Shown here piece after piece: positions 39,601 to 51,600 of a DNA stretch of 64,000 nucleotides. The stretch lies in NCBI GenBank assembly GCA_015056005.1, contig SVHB01000001.1, positions 18,799-82,798 of the forward strand, in the 5' to 3' direction. Under the pieces are notes generated by a model that saw nothing but the letters and a program-made list of their open reading frames with translations, was not told the DNA's origin and ran no database searches. The DNA comes from Clostridiales bacterium. Lineage in GTDB: Bacteria > Bacillota > Clostridia > Christensenellales > UBA1750. Positions within the stretch are counted from its first letter, which is position 1. The number at the start of each line of letters is the position of its first letter. The translations under genes were made by a program, and so were the position numbers.

Positions 39601-42600
39601 AAGGGTGAAGCAGGTATCAAGGGCAAGGGTGTTGTTACCGCAGACACTGTGGATGTACTCTCCGACGGTACCGCGACCTCCAATGCGACCATCGCGACCT
39701 CCAACGTGGATGTAAGCGGTGTAGAGATAGCGACCACCTCGGTCATTGCCGATCTTACCGCACAGAATAAGGCGTATATAAATGACGCTTCCATTAAAAA
39801 CGCTCAGGTCAGGGTTGAAGCCAATCTCAACGACGGCACCAATGAAGGCGCAAACGCTGTTATCGGCAATGCGTTTGATAAACTGAGCAAAGTAAAGTTT
39901 AGCTTTATCTCCGCAAATGTGAACACCGCCGAGGCTAAGAACAATACCAAGAACGAAGCCTCGATGACCGGCGCAAGCGTTGAAGCTAAGAATAAGGATC
40001 TTGATGTGATCTCCAATGCGGCTTCTATCGCGATTGCCAAGGTCAGGGAAGCCGATCTTAGTGTCGGTTACGCTTCTCTGGGCGTTACCGTGATCAAGGC
40101 GCACGCAAACGGCGAGTTCCAGGCATTTATCGATACCACCGGCGCTGTGATCGATGTAAAGAGCATTGATGTTACCAATACCTATACCTCCAAGGCAGAT
40201 GCAAGGACCGCCCAGGCAAGCGGCGGCTTCGGTGCAAAGGCCTATGGGTTCACAACCAATGTGGCAGAAGCCAAGGTCGGTACCAAGTCCGAAGCCTCCA
40301 TCAAGGGCGGCGGCAGTGCTAGCGCATCGGGTGCTGTGAACGTTCAGAACATCGGCACTGCGACCGCCGATTCCGGCGTAGCTCAAAACGCAGTTTCCTT
40401 CAGCGGTGTAAGTATTGCAGCCAACACTCTTACCTCTGAGCTCAATGCAGTCCATAAGGCGTTCATAGAAAATGCAAGCGTAACTGCAGGCAGCGTAAGC
40501 GTAATAAGCGAGTTCAATAAGGATAGAAATGACGGCGCTTTGGCACAGCTTGGCAGCGCGGCAGATTACATAGCTACTAATGTTACTCTTGCAGAGGTTG
40601 CTGCAAATACCGCAACCGCAACTGCAAACGCTACGGTTCATGCCTATACCGAAAACGCGGACATCACTGTAAACGGCGGCGATGTAAACGTGAAGGTGGA
40701 TGCGACCTCCAATGCTATAGCTGAGGTAAATACTCCCGATGTAAGTCTTGCTCTTGTAAGCATAGGCGTAAACGTCGTAAATGCAAACGCGAACGGCGAT
40801 TATCAAGCTTATATTGACGGCACCAGGGGCAATATAAATGCAAACAATGTAAATATTCATAACAATTACTCCGCAAACGCAAGAGCGAAGACCGGTTCTT
40901 CCAAGGGCGGCTTAAGTGTAAACGGCGGTTCAAGTCAGACCAATGTTGCAAATGCTCAAGTAGGTATCAAGGCGGGCGCGGGCGTCAACACCGAGCGCAA
41001 GAGCGGGGAGGACGAAACCCAGACCGCAGAAAGCGACGATGAAAGCGACTCAGACCTAACCATTACCGCCGCTGCAGTTTCCGTTATTGCAGACGGCACC
41101 GCAAAGGCACTTGCAAACGTTCTGACCCAGAGCAATATCTCTATTGCTGAGGCTGCTGTAAATAGACTTACCGCAAAGGTAAACGCTGTGCAGTTTGCTC
41201 AGCTCAACGATGCTTCCGTAACTGCAGGCAGCGTAAACGTTGAAAGCAAATTCAACGATGGCGCATACGAAGGCGCGGAAGCGGTGCTCGGCAGCGCAAC
41301 TAACGGTAATATCTCCGCTTCTGCTTACAGCTTGGATGTGAACAAGCTCACCGTCGAAATGAACGGCGAGAGCGAAGCTTCCATCGGCGGCGCAAATATC
41401 ACGACCACCGACAGCGGCAATGTAAACGTTAAAAATGACGCCAAGTCCTACGCAAAGGCATATACCGAAGCGGCAAGCGCTGAGCTGGGCCTTGTAAACA
41501 TCGGCGCTGTGAGCGCAAGCGCCAAGGCTAACGGCAAATTCAACGCAGCTATCAAGGATAACAGCGTTATTACCGCAAATCTCGTAAATGTTGATAATGT
41601 TTACACCGCATCTTCCGATGTGACCGTCGAGCAGCCCAAGGTAGGTCTTAGCTTTGCTGATGGCAGAGTAAACCTTGCCGATGCAATAACCGGCGTGGAA
41701 AGCAAGGCGTATATCGACAGCAGCAATGTGAAGGCAAATGGTACCTCTTTTGGCAAGAGCATCAGGGTAGTGAACGACGGCACCGCGACCTCTTATGCGA
41801 CGGTTATTTCTCCCACCGTTTCCGTAAGCGTCGGCAAGCTCCTTGTAAGCGATGTCAACTCTACAGTCAGCGCAAAACAGTATGCATATATCTCGGGCGG
41901 TCATATCAATGCAGCCGGTGAGACATATGTAGCTTCGCTGTTCAATGAAAGCAATGATACTACCGGCGCTGTTGCCGAGCTCGGCGCAGCATCGTTCGAG
42001 ATCAGCGGCGCATCCATTAATACCAACACTGCTGATGCCGTCATCAGTGCGACCAACGAGGCGTATGTAAAGAATGCAAGCTTTGGAAGTGCAGCAGATA
42101 AGAGTGGGAAGCTCAACATTCTGTCGAACGCCAAGTCCTACGCAAGCGCGACTTATAGTCAGGGTTCGTTCGGACTGAGCGGCGCAAACCTCGGCATCAT
42201 GCTGATGAATGCAAACGCAGGCGGCGTATTTGAAGCATACCTTGATTTGACCGATGCAGATGTCAATGTTTCCTCCATAGATATCAATAACACCTATAAG
42301 TCTATATCCAATGCTTTATCCACTCAGCCGGGCGGCGGCTTCAGTACGGAGGTTACCATCGTATCCGGCAATGTGAACAAAGCAGAAGCGTATTCTTCCA
42401 CCAATGCTTCCGGCTATATCACCGGCAGCGGCACTGTATCGACAGGCGCTATCAACGTAAGCGTCAACGGCGGCGGAAGCAAAGCTGAAGCAGATGTTGA
42501 CGGAACCAATGTTGTAAGCGGCTTCAGCGCAGGCGGCAACTACGCCAAGTCCGAGCTGAAGATGGTTCAGAAAGCCTATATAGCAGGCAGCGGCAGTGTA

Positions 42601-45600
42601 AACGCAGCAGGCGCGGTAAATGTACAGTCTCTGCTCAACAATTCTCAGGTCACATCCGAGCTTGGTTCCAACGGCGGCGCGGATGTAAGTCTGGTAAGCT
42701 CTGATGCTCAGTGGTCCGATGCAAATGCGAAGATGCAGAACAGCGCGTACATCGGCGGCAGCGTAAAGATTGATACCGCAAACAATGTAAACGTGAACGC
42801 ACAGACCAACAATACCACGGTGACAGCAAAGTCTGAATCCAACGTAGCTGTAGGCCTGGCTGCTCTGGATGTTGTGCACACTAATGCTAAGATCGACGGC
42901 ATGCAGACCAAGGCATATATCACCGACAGCGCAGAAGTCAACTCGAATGATCTTATCGTGAAGGCTGAAAGCATGAATACCTCTCTGGTATCGCATGCAG
43001 GCGTTGCAGGAACCAATGTATCCGCAGTATCAGGCAAGAAGGTAAGCGCGAATTCGACCGTGGAATCCAACACCACCGAGGCGTATACCGGTTCAGGTAC
43101 AAAAGTTAATACCAAGAATGACGTGACTGTGCTTGCCGATTCCAGTACTCAGCTGCGTGCGGGCACCAACAAGAGCACCAGTGTATCTCTGGCAGAGGTC
43201 GGCAGATATGAATTTGTGATCAACGTTAAGAGCCATACCAGCAAAGCCTATATCAACGGCAAGGTATTTGCGGGCAATAATCTGAGCGTGAACGCAAAGA
43301 ACTTTGTCGACGCCGATTCTTCCATCGACAACACTTCCGTCGGCGCTGTGACCTCGGGCGAAAACAAGGTCAACATGAACGTGACCCAGACTGCTCAAGC
43401 CAATATCGGCAGCGGCGCTGATGTTGAAGCAAGGAACAATGTAAATATCAATACCGATGCAAGGGCAGACCTGAACGGCAGGATCAATACCACCGGTGTC
43501 GGTCTTGGCGAAAAGAGCAAGGGTTCTGTACGCATCGTATGGAACAGAAATCAGAAGATCGATATCGGCAGCGGCGCGCGCATCAGTGCACGCTATGGCA
43601 ATATGAACATTATAAGCGGCACTCAGACCATGCCCAATCTGAATGCGGATATCGATATGGACGGCGGCGGCGTTATAGTTGCAGGTTCCGGTCCCAAGAC
43701 CTCTGTTACTGAGTTAAGCAATACCACCGTAAATGTTGGCGCGGGTGCGAATATCACCGCGCTGTTCGGCGACCTCAATATCAAGACCATTGACGCAACC
43801 AAGGCTGTTGCCGATTCCTATCGCGATATGAAGGGCTTCGCGGGCAGCAACCAGAGCGAGGCGGATGTGACCGTAAGGGCTAACTCCTCCATCTACCTTG
43901 GCACCAACGGCGCTGAACAGGCATATATCAACGGTAAGAACACCACCGTTCTTTCGGATATCCTGCAGGATCTTTACGCGCATGCAAAATCCGTGACCGG
44001 TTCCGCGGGTTCCAACACCAAGGCCTATGCAGACATCAACGCCATGGAAAACAATCAGGTCATTGACCTGAACAACGTATTCCTTGGCGGTATCGATAAT
44101 CTGCTGGTCAAGGCTATGACCTCCAAGATGGACAACACCGCAAGCTCCGATGCAAGGATCGCAGGCGCAGCCGGTAAGGCTACCGCAAAGTCCAATGTAA
44201 GCATAAACAACAGCAAGAACGGCGCTGCGGTCGTGGCAAAGATCAACATGACCGACAAAGCACACCTTGCAGGTCAGGATATCACGATCGAAGCAGGCGC
44301 ACCCAATGTTCACAGTACTTCTCTGGTCGAAAGCTCCGCATACGCAAAGGCTAAGACCGCAACCAATATCCTGGTCAGAATATTCACCTTCGGCCGTAAG
44401 AAGAACAGCGGCGAAAGCGTAAGCGAGACTTATGATCTGGATGTAACAAGCAATGTCATTCTGGATGGCACCTTCCATCTGGGCGGCGGCGCTGCCGGCA
44501 CCTTCGTTGATATCGACGAAAACGGCGGCATCCATTTCTCCGGTCTTGACGACGATGCGTTCGAGACTGCATCCGATGTCGGCACTGTATCCGGTAATAC
44601 CGTAAATCTCAAAAAGCTTTATAACAACGACCGCGGTAATCTGAACGTATTCGCTTATATCGGCGAAAGAGTAAATTCTACAGGCGATGACCTCACTGTC
44701 AAGATGATAAACGGAGCTGCGGGTTCCAATAACGGCGGCAATATCATCAGGCACGAAAGAGAAAGCGGTAAGATGGTCATTTTCGACAGCAGCTTCCTGC
44801 CCAACGTGGTCATCCGCAACAGGTCGAATAAGGATCTGGTGCTGGATAACATCACCGTAAGCAACGGCAAGCAGCCCAGACCTTCTCTGAACATTGACAA
44901 TCTGACCACTATTTACGATCACGAAATACCCAAGCTCACCGTTATCGCAGATGAAGATACCGATGTTACCATCAATGTAACTTCCGATGGCAGTCAGAAC
45001 CCCATTCACGATCTCGATGTGGGCGAGGGCATTGTAAACATCGAAATGAACGGCGGCGCTCTCAATACCGCAGCTGGCTCTTCTCTGTGGGCCAACAAGC
45101 TGAATGTCTTAGGCGCAGGTACTATCGGCGTTGATGCAAACAACCGCTTCACCGTAAAGATGGTAGAGCTTTCTGAGATCAACGCTTATGAAGGTTTCAA
45201 GGCGCAGCCCGCTCGTACCACCGAGATATCGATGAACTCTATCGGCGATATCTGGGCGGATGTAAGACATGTAATTCTCAATACCTATCCCAATACCGTA
45301 TCGAATCCCGTTCTGGTGCTTGGAGGTATTGTCTCTGAGAAGGGTAATGTAGATGTTTATATCTCTGCTCCCGGCTTGATCAGCGCTCAGATCGGTCTCA
45401 ATACCGATAAGGATGTATACTATCCCGGCCGCTACGATAACCTCGTGCTCATCCCCGGCAGCGGTGATACTCCTGTACTGGATAAGGACGGTAAGGCGAC
45501 CGATTACATCCTTACCGCAGACGGATATCTCAAGCATAAGGATGCGGATACCTACCTCAATATGGCAGATCTCCTGCTGTACACTGAGGGTAATGACAGC

Positions 45601-48600
45601 TACTTCCTCCTGCCCAACAACATCATGCTCAAGACCTCCGTGGTAGACGGCAAGCTGATGTTTGAAAGCGCAGAAGGCGGCAGCGAAGGTATTTCCTACG
45701 ATTTCTCCAATGTTTCCTTTGAACTGAACGGTGATAATACCATAAGCAAGATCACCTTCAAGGATGAGGCAAACGGCTACAAGACCATAGACTTCGCAAC
45801 CGGCAAAGTGACCATGAACATCGGTCAGAGCGGCGGTCTTGTTTACCTTACCCGTGACGACAAGGCAGTTGCGTGGACTTTGCCCGACGGAACGCACATC
45901 TATTTAAAGAACGCTTTTGTTGAAAGAGACGAAAACGGCAGCCTTGTTGAAATTAAGCCCGTGCAGATCGGCACCTCTAACGGCAACGGCTTGTATCTGC
46001 TCGAAACGGTTACCGCAGGACGTACTCAGTACCATGTAGTAGAGCTCAAGGAAAACAAAGACGGAACGTTTGAATTCGTTGAAGGTTATATCTATGAGCT
46101 GCAAATGATCAATATTGGTACGACGACTGAGAATCCCGATGAGCAGACTCTGGATGAGGCATATGCGGCGGCTAAGGATGTTGTAGATACTTTTACTCAC
46201 GATGAAAGCAGCTCTACTGCTCAGCAGAAAGCGGAAGCATTGGCTGACGCTGTTAAGGAAAAGATTTCTTCTGACTGGCAGGCTACTGTAACAGCAACTC
46301 CCTCGACCGTGACCAACGCAGATGGAACCAGTGCTATTCGGATCACTCTCTCCGTGACCATCAAGGGTGTTGATTCCGAAGATGTTCAGGCGAATGCAAT
46401 CACCAAGGTGCTGAACCATGCTGTTGAAAATGACAATGTTGGCAGCAAGACTGAAACCGGTAGCTATGTAAATACCAATAATGTTCACAGTGTTGAATTT
46501 AACAAAGAAACATTTAAGGATACTTGGCTTGGCGGACGTAAAGGACGTATAACCGTATTGGCATCCGATGGCAATGTTACCGGAATGACCATCAAGAACG
46601 GTGATTTCACTTTCGAAACCGAATACAATAAAGAAATTGGCGCATATGTGGTCAAAAAGCCCGCGCAGTTCGGTACCAACTGGCTTAACGCCGCTTCACA
46701 TAAAGCAAGGTATGAAGAGATAGCCGATAAGTATTTCGCTGCCGAATCTGCAACCGATGAGAACGGTCAAGCAACCGGTTCGTTCAATGTTTATGCATAT
46801 TCTCTTGAACTTGTTAACAGCGGCGCTTCCGGCAAGATCGATGGCGATAATTATAACGGCGGTTATAAGGCTGTTGACGGTGGATATCTCTTCCTTGACG
46901 AGGATAAGAAGGACAGTACATCTGTAAACGACGGCATCTTCTACATGATGGGCAACGTTATCGCGTTCACTCCCGACGGTGAATCCTACGCGGTCGAAGT
47001 CGACTATGCAAGGGATGAAAATGGCAATATCATCAACGATCTTACTAAGGCAACTCTCCTCTACGGCCCCGAAATGGAGCAGGCGAGGGATGCTCACGGT
47101 AACCTGATGTATACCGATCTTACGTTCCAGTATAAGGATCCCGGTAATAATGATGAGATCGAGGAATTTGTAAGCGATGGCGGTGACAGCGAATATCAGA
47201 GAATCTTCAATATGCTTGTTGAAGCTGACAAAGCTTATAATCTGGATAATGGTTATGACATTAACGGCAATGGTGTCGAGGATGAATTCATCGACGAGCA
47301 AACCGGCGAAGTTATAACCGAGCATTGGGAGCATCCGTACGAAAAGTCGCTCAGACCTAAAGAAATAAGCGAAGGTGTTTATGAATACGACACCTCAAGT
47401 CTCCCCGTTTACACCGTAACCGACTTTACTCAGAGCAGGAAGGACGGTAAGTGGCTCTACACCGATTCCGAAGGCAATGAGTTCACTCTTGATTATTCCT
47501 ATGCTAAGCTTGCTGAAAACAGCGATCTGCTCACCGAAGCGCTGAATGCACACGGCGAGTTCGCTCCCGTTTACACCTATCCCAAGGGCACCGTTACCAT
47601 CTCTCCCGCAGGCAGCGGCGGTATGTATGTAAATTACATGCCTTATACCGAAGAGGGTACCATCAGCTTTGATATCCCGCAGGTTAACGGATGGGGCATT
47701 ATCGATGTGGATACCCGCATGGTTGTCTTGGATAACGATGTGAGCGGTCTGCCCAAGGGTACCATAATCTATCTTGAGACCGATGAGAACAACGCAGTTA
47801 TCAATCCCAACAGGATCATCGCGGCGCATCTGCCCGGCGGCTTCGTAAGGTTCTACGAGCAGGGTACTTACCTTGGTATGACCGACGAAAACGGCAAGGA
47901 TGCATCCGTTTACAGCGAAGCAAGCGTAAATTACGCTCACTTCACCAAGGGCGCCAAGCTGATGGCACATCAGGCGGCGACCGGCGTATACATGATACCC
48001 AGAAGCATCGGTCAGGTAAGCCTGCTTGCAGCAAATGCAGCAAACCCCGTATCCGGCTACTTCCACAGCGATTATTTCGCGGTGAACAGCGAAGGTAAAC
48101 TGGTTAAGCTGAATGTAAGCGAAACCAAGACCATCGCAAATGGCAGCGACACCGATATAAGCAGCTTCGGATTTGCTTATCCCGATCCTGAGAGCGAAGT
48201 ACTGTTCGAAGGCGCATATATCAGCACCGTATATGAGACTGACGGAACTAAGGTCATGATGTATGTCCTCGAGCGCAAGGACGGCACAGAAAATACCGAT
48301 CCCACCACCATCGTCCTCCTGCCCGACGGCATCTGGTATGCTTCCAACGGCAAGGCGGGCGCGCTCAGGAGCACCGAAGCACGCAATACCGTTGAATATA
48401 AAGAGGAAACTCTGATCGAGATGACCGAAACCATTTCCGGCGAAGCCATCCAGATCGTATTCGGCGGCGAGAAAACCACTCTTAACGATGACGAAAGCTA
48501 TACCGGCATGAACGGTACAAATGTTACCGACAGCGAATATGCAAACGTCATCACCAACAACCTCAGGATCATCGCCACCGACAGCGGCAATATCTTCGGA

Positions 48601-51600
48601 GAAGGCGATCCTCTCGTAGTTAAGCCTTACAGCGGCGATAAGGTAAACATCCAGATCAACTCCAATATGCAGGACGGCGCATATGCCGGCGATGCATATA
48701 TCAGGACCATCCTTGAAGCCAAGGTTAAACTGTTCGATACCACAGTGGCTGAAGGCGGTCTTATCGATCTGGACGTAAGAAACGGCGAGACCACTCTTAG
48801 CAATGTTACCGTAAACGACACCGGCCTCTTGGATGTTGATGTAGTCGAAGGCGGCAATGTTGTGATGAACAACGTGAAGGTTATCGGCAACGGCGAGGAC
48901 ACCGAAGGTACTTTGAATGTTGATGTCCAAGGCAAAGGCGGCGATATTGATATCAATACCGCAGATATCAGCGGCGATCTGAATATTAATACCGCTGAAG
49001 GCGATATGAGCATTAAGGACGGCAAAATCTCCGGCACTGCAGACCTTGTAAGCTCAGGTGACGGCGATATCGTTCTGAACAAGGTAGATGTAGCTGACGG
49101 CGGCCTGCTCAACATGACCACCACCGGCAATGGAATTACCGATATGGACGATGTGACTGTAGGCGGCGGCTCTCATATCAATACCAAAGTCGAAGGCAGC
49201 GGCACCGGCAATACCACTACTATGGACGATGTGACCATAGACGGCACCAATGATCCTGAAAATGTTACCAGCTCCATCGTTCATACCGTATCTGGCAGCG
49301 GCGACGCAGTCATCAGCAATGCCATAATAAACAACGGCAAGCTTGAGCTTGGTATCGGTGTGGACGGCAATGTGACCTTCAATAATGCAAATGTTGATTA
49401 CGGCGATGTCGATGTCAATATCGGCGAAGACGGCAATGTGACCTTCAACAGTTCCGATATCGATAACACTGAAGCCGATGTGATCGTAGGCGAGAATGGC
49501 GACATCACATTCAGCAAATCAAACATTGATGACACCAACTTGACTGTCAATGTTGGCGCAGATAAGGATAACGCCGGCAACGGCAATGTTACATTTGATA
49601 CCACCAATATCGGCGGCAGCATCGTAAAGGTTGATGTTGACGGAAACGGCAATGTAAGCCTTAACAATGTCGATATGATCAACAGTGATGTTGATGTTGC
49701 CATCGGCGGCAGCGGCGCAACGAAGCTTACCGATGTGACCATGGATAAGGGAAGCTACACTCAGAGCACCGCAGGCAATGGTACCGGCGATGATGAGATC
49801 CGCGACTTTATCGTAAAGTCCGGAGCTGAAGCTGTCATTACCATCGGCGGCAGCAGCGATATCGATCTGAACGATGTAGAAGTATACGATGACGGTCTTA
49901 TGACCCTCACCATCGGCAGCGGCTCGGTCGATATGGGCAAGGTCGATGAAACCCCCGACGACGAAAACGACGACGGCACCAAGGTTTATATCGAAGGTGT
50001 TGTGAACGTGAAAGTCGACAGCGGCAAGGTGAATGTAAACGATGTCGTTATGGCGAATGCTGATGATGATACTGCCTCCGCATGGTTAAATATCGTAACC
50101 GGCAATAGCGGCGGCACTGATAATGATGTGATCATCGATAACCTGATCGCAGATGAAAGACTCAATATCAAGACCACCGGCGGCGACCTCCTGATGAAGG
50201 ACAATGATTCAAGGGTAGTGCTGAATGCAAGCTTTGACGAAACAAACAGCACCTTTGATATCGGCGGAAACATCGGAGCGCACGATAACTACTTCAAGAT
50301 CGGCTATCCCGGCGAGCTTGAAAAGGATTCTCTCACTCTCAATATCATCAATGTGATCGACATGTTCCTTACTCAGACCTCCGATCTTATCACCGACCTT
50401 GAAGATCTGCCCCACAGCGGCAGGCTCGAAGGCGAGGATGAAAAGACAGAGCATGACGAAGCGATAAGCGATCTTGAGGATAAGGATAAGAAGATATATA
50501 ACGAGATACCCCAGCAGACCGAAGAAGAACTGGCTCAGCAGCTAACCTCAACCGGCAAGCTCACCGAAGAAGAGCTACTGACTCTGATCGGCGGCAAGCT
50601 CAAGGGAGAGGAATTCAAGAATCTGCTCAATATCACCGATGAGTCAATCGAGGGCGTAATAGCTGCTCTTGATGAACTCACTCAGGAAGAGCTTGCGCAG
50701 ATGGTCAATGACCTGATGCTCAAGGGCAGTGAAAACGAAGATATACTGCTTGAAGCCAAGGAAACCAATGTTGACCCGATGAAGCTCAAGCTCATCGAAT
50801 CCAAGAAGTATACTCAATCTCAGCTTGGCAGAATGACCTCTGCTCAGATCAAGCAGGCATACGAAGCCTACTATAACGATAAGGTTGAAGAATACCGCGA
50901 TGCTGTAAAGGCATCCTATAAGGCTGATATCGAGGCAAGGCTTTCCAGTGAAGATTATCTCACCGATGTTCAGGTGGATTACCTCCTTGACAGAGGACTT
51001 ACCGAAGATGAAGCTGCGGTGGCTACTTTGCTTGCAGCAGCTATCAAGGCTCAGAAGGTCAAGACTGATGCAAACGGCGATCCCATCAGGGCAATCGATG
51101 GTGAAGGCAATATGCTCTACATCGACGCTGAGGGCAACCTTACCACCGAAGAAAAAGCAGCCGACGGCAGCGAAAACGCTCCCGCTTATGTGATGGAAGT
51201 CATCATGAGCGACGAGGATGAACTGTTCCCCGCATACTGGAAGTCTTTGACCGACGAACAGAAGAAGGCACTGCTTGAAAGCGCCTACGATGTGCTTGAT
51301 GAAGAAACCTATCCCGATCCTGAGGATGAAACCGCAAGGCGCGATCTGGTTATCAAGATAGGTACATCAAACGGTGAAAGCTATATCCTCAACATCGGCG
51401 ATATCACCGTTGATCAGAAAAACGGCACCTTCACCGCGGGCGAGGTTGTATCCAGCCACGGCGATGTGACCATCACTTCCGATGCTATCGAAGGCGTTGC
51501 CGATTCCGACAAGGAAGATGTCAGTGATCCTTATATCCTGAACCTCTACAGCGATAAGCTGATCGGCGGCGACGGAAAGGGCACCGACTCCAATATCTAC

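Larger units (their letters stand above)
29400..44300 (+). repeat. Protein-level tandem array of 53-54-aa Gly/Ala/Val-rich repeats (beta-solenoid-like), interrupted by linkers and inserts
   Basis: Hand-aligned consecutive units include AAVGATVVSLIFDKDVNASLIGGNIRAAGDVDVSAKSVDDLVLLAVTAGISGGS (54 aa), AAVSIGGNALVFQDEVYATLGGNVVAGRNVSVKAESDSDLVNVAASVAVSGNT (53 aa) and AGVGVTAMVTVAKNTVTAGIGDNYDVSANGDVDVTATSDREVRTYAGSVGAGGT (54 aa). The outer boundaries are approximate. Confidence 0.7.

Noticed and set aside
38300-42900. The ~690-nt super-repeats considered as an assembly artefact (collapsed or expanded tandem repeat).
   Set aside because: The copies are substantially diverged at the nucleotide level and differ in length (665-739 nt), so mis-assembly by repeat confusion is unlikely. 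Long-read confirmation is still advisable.
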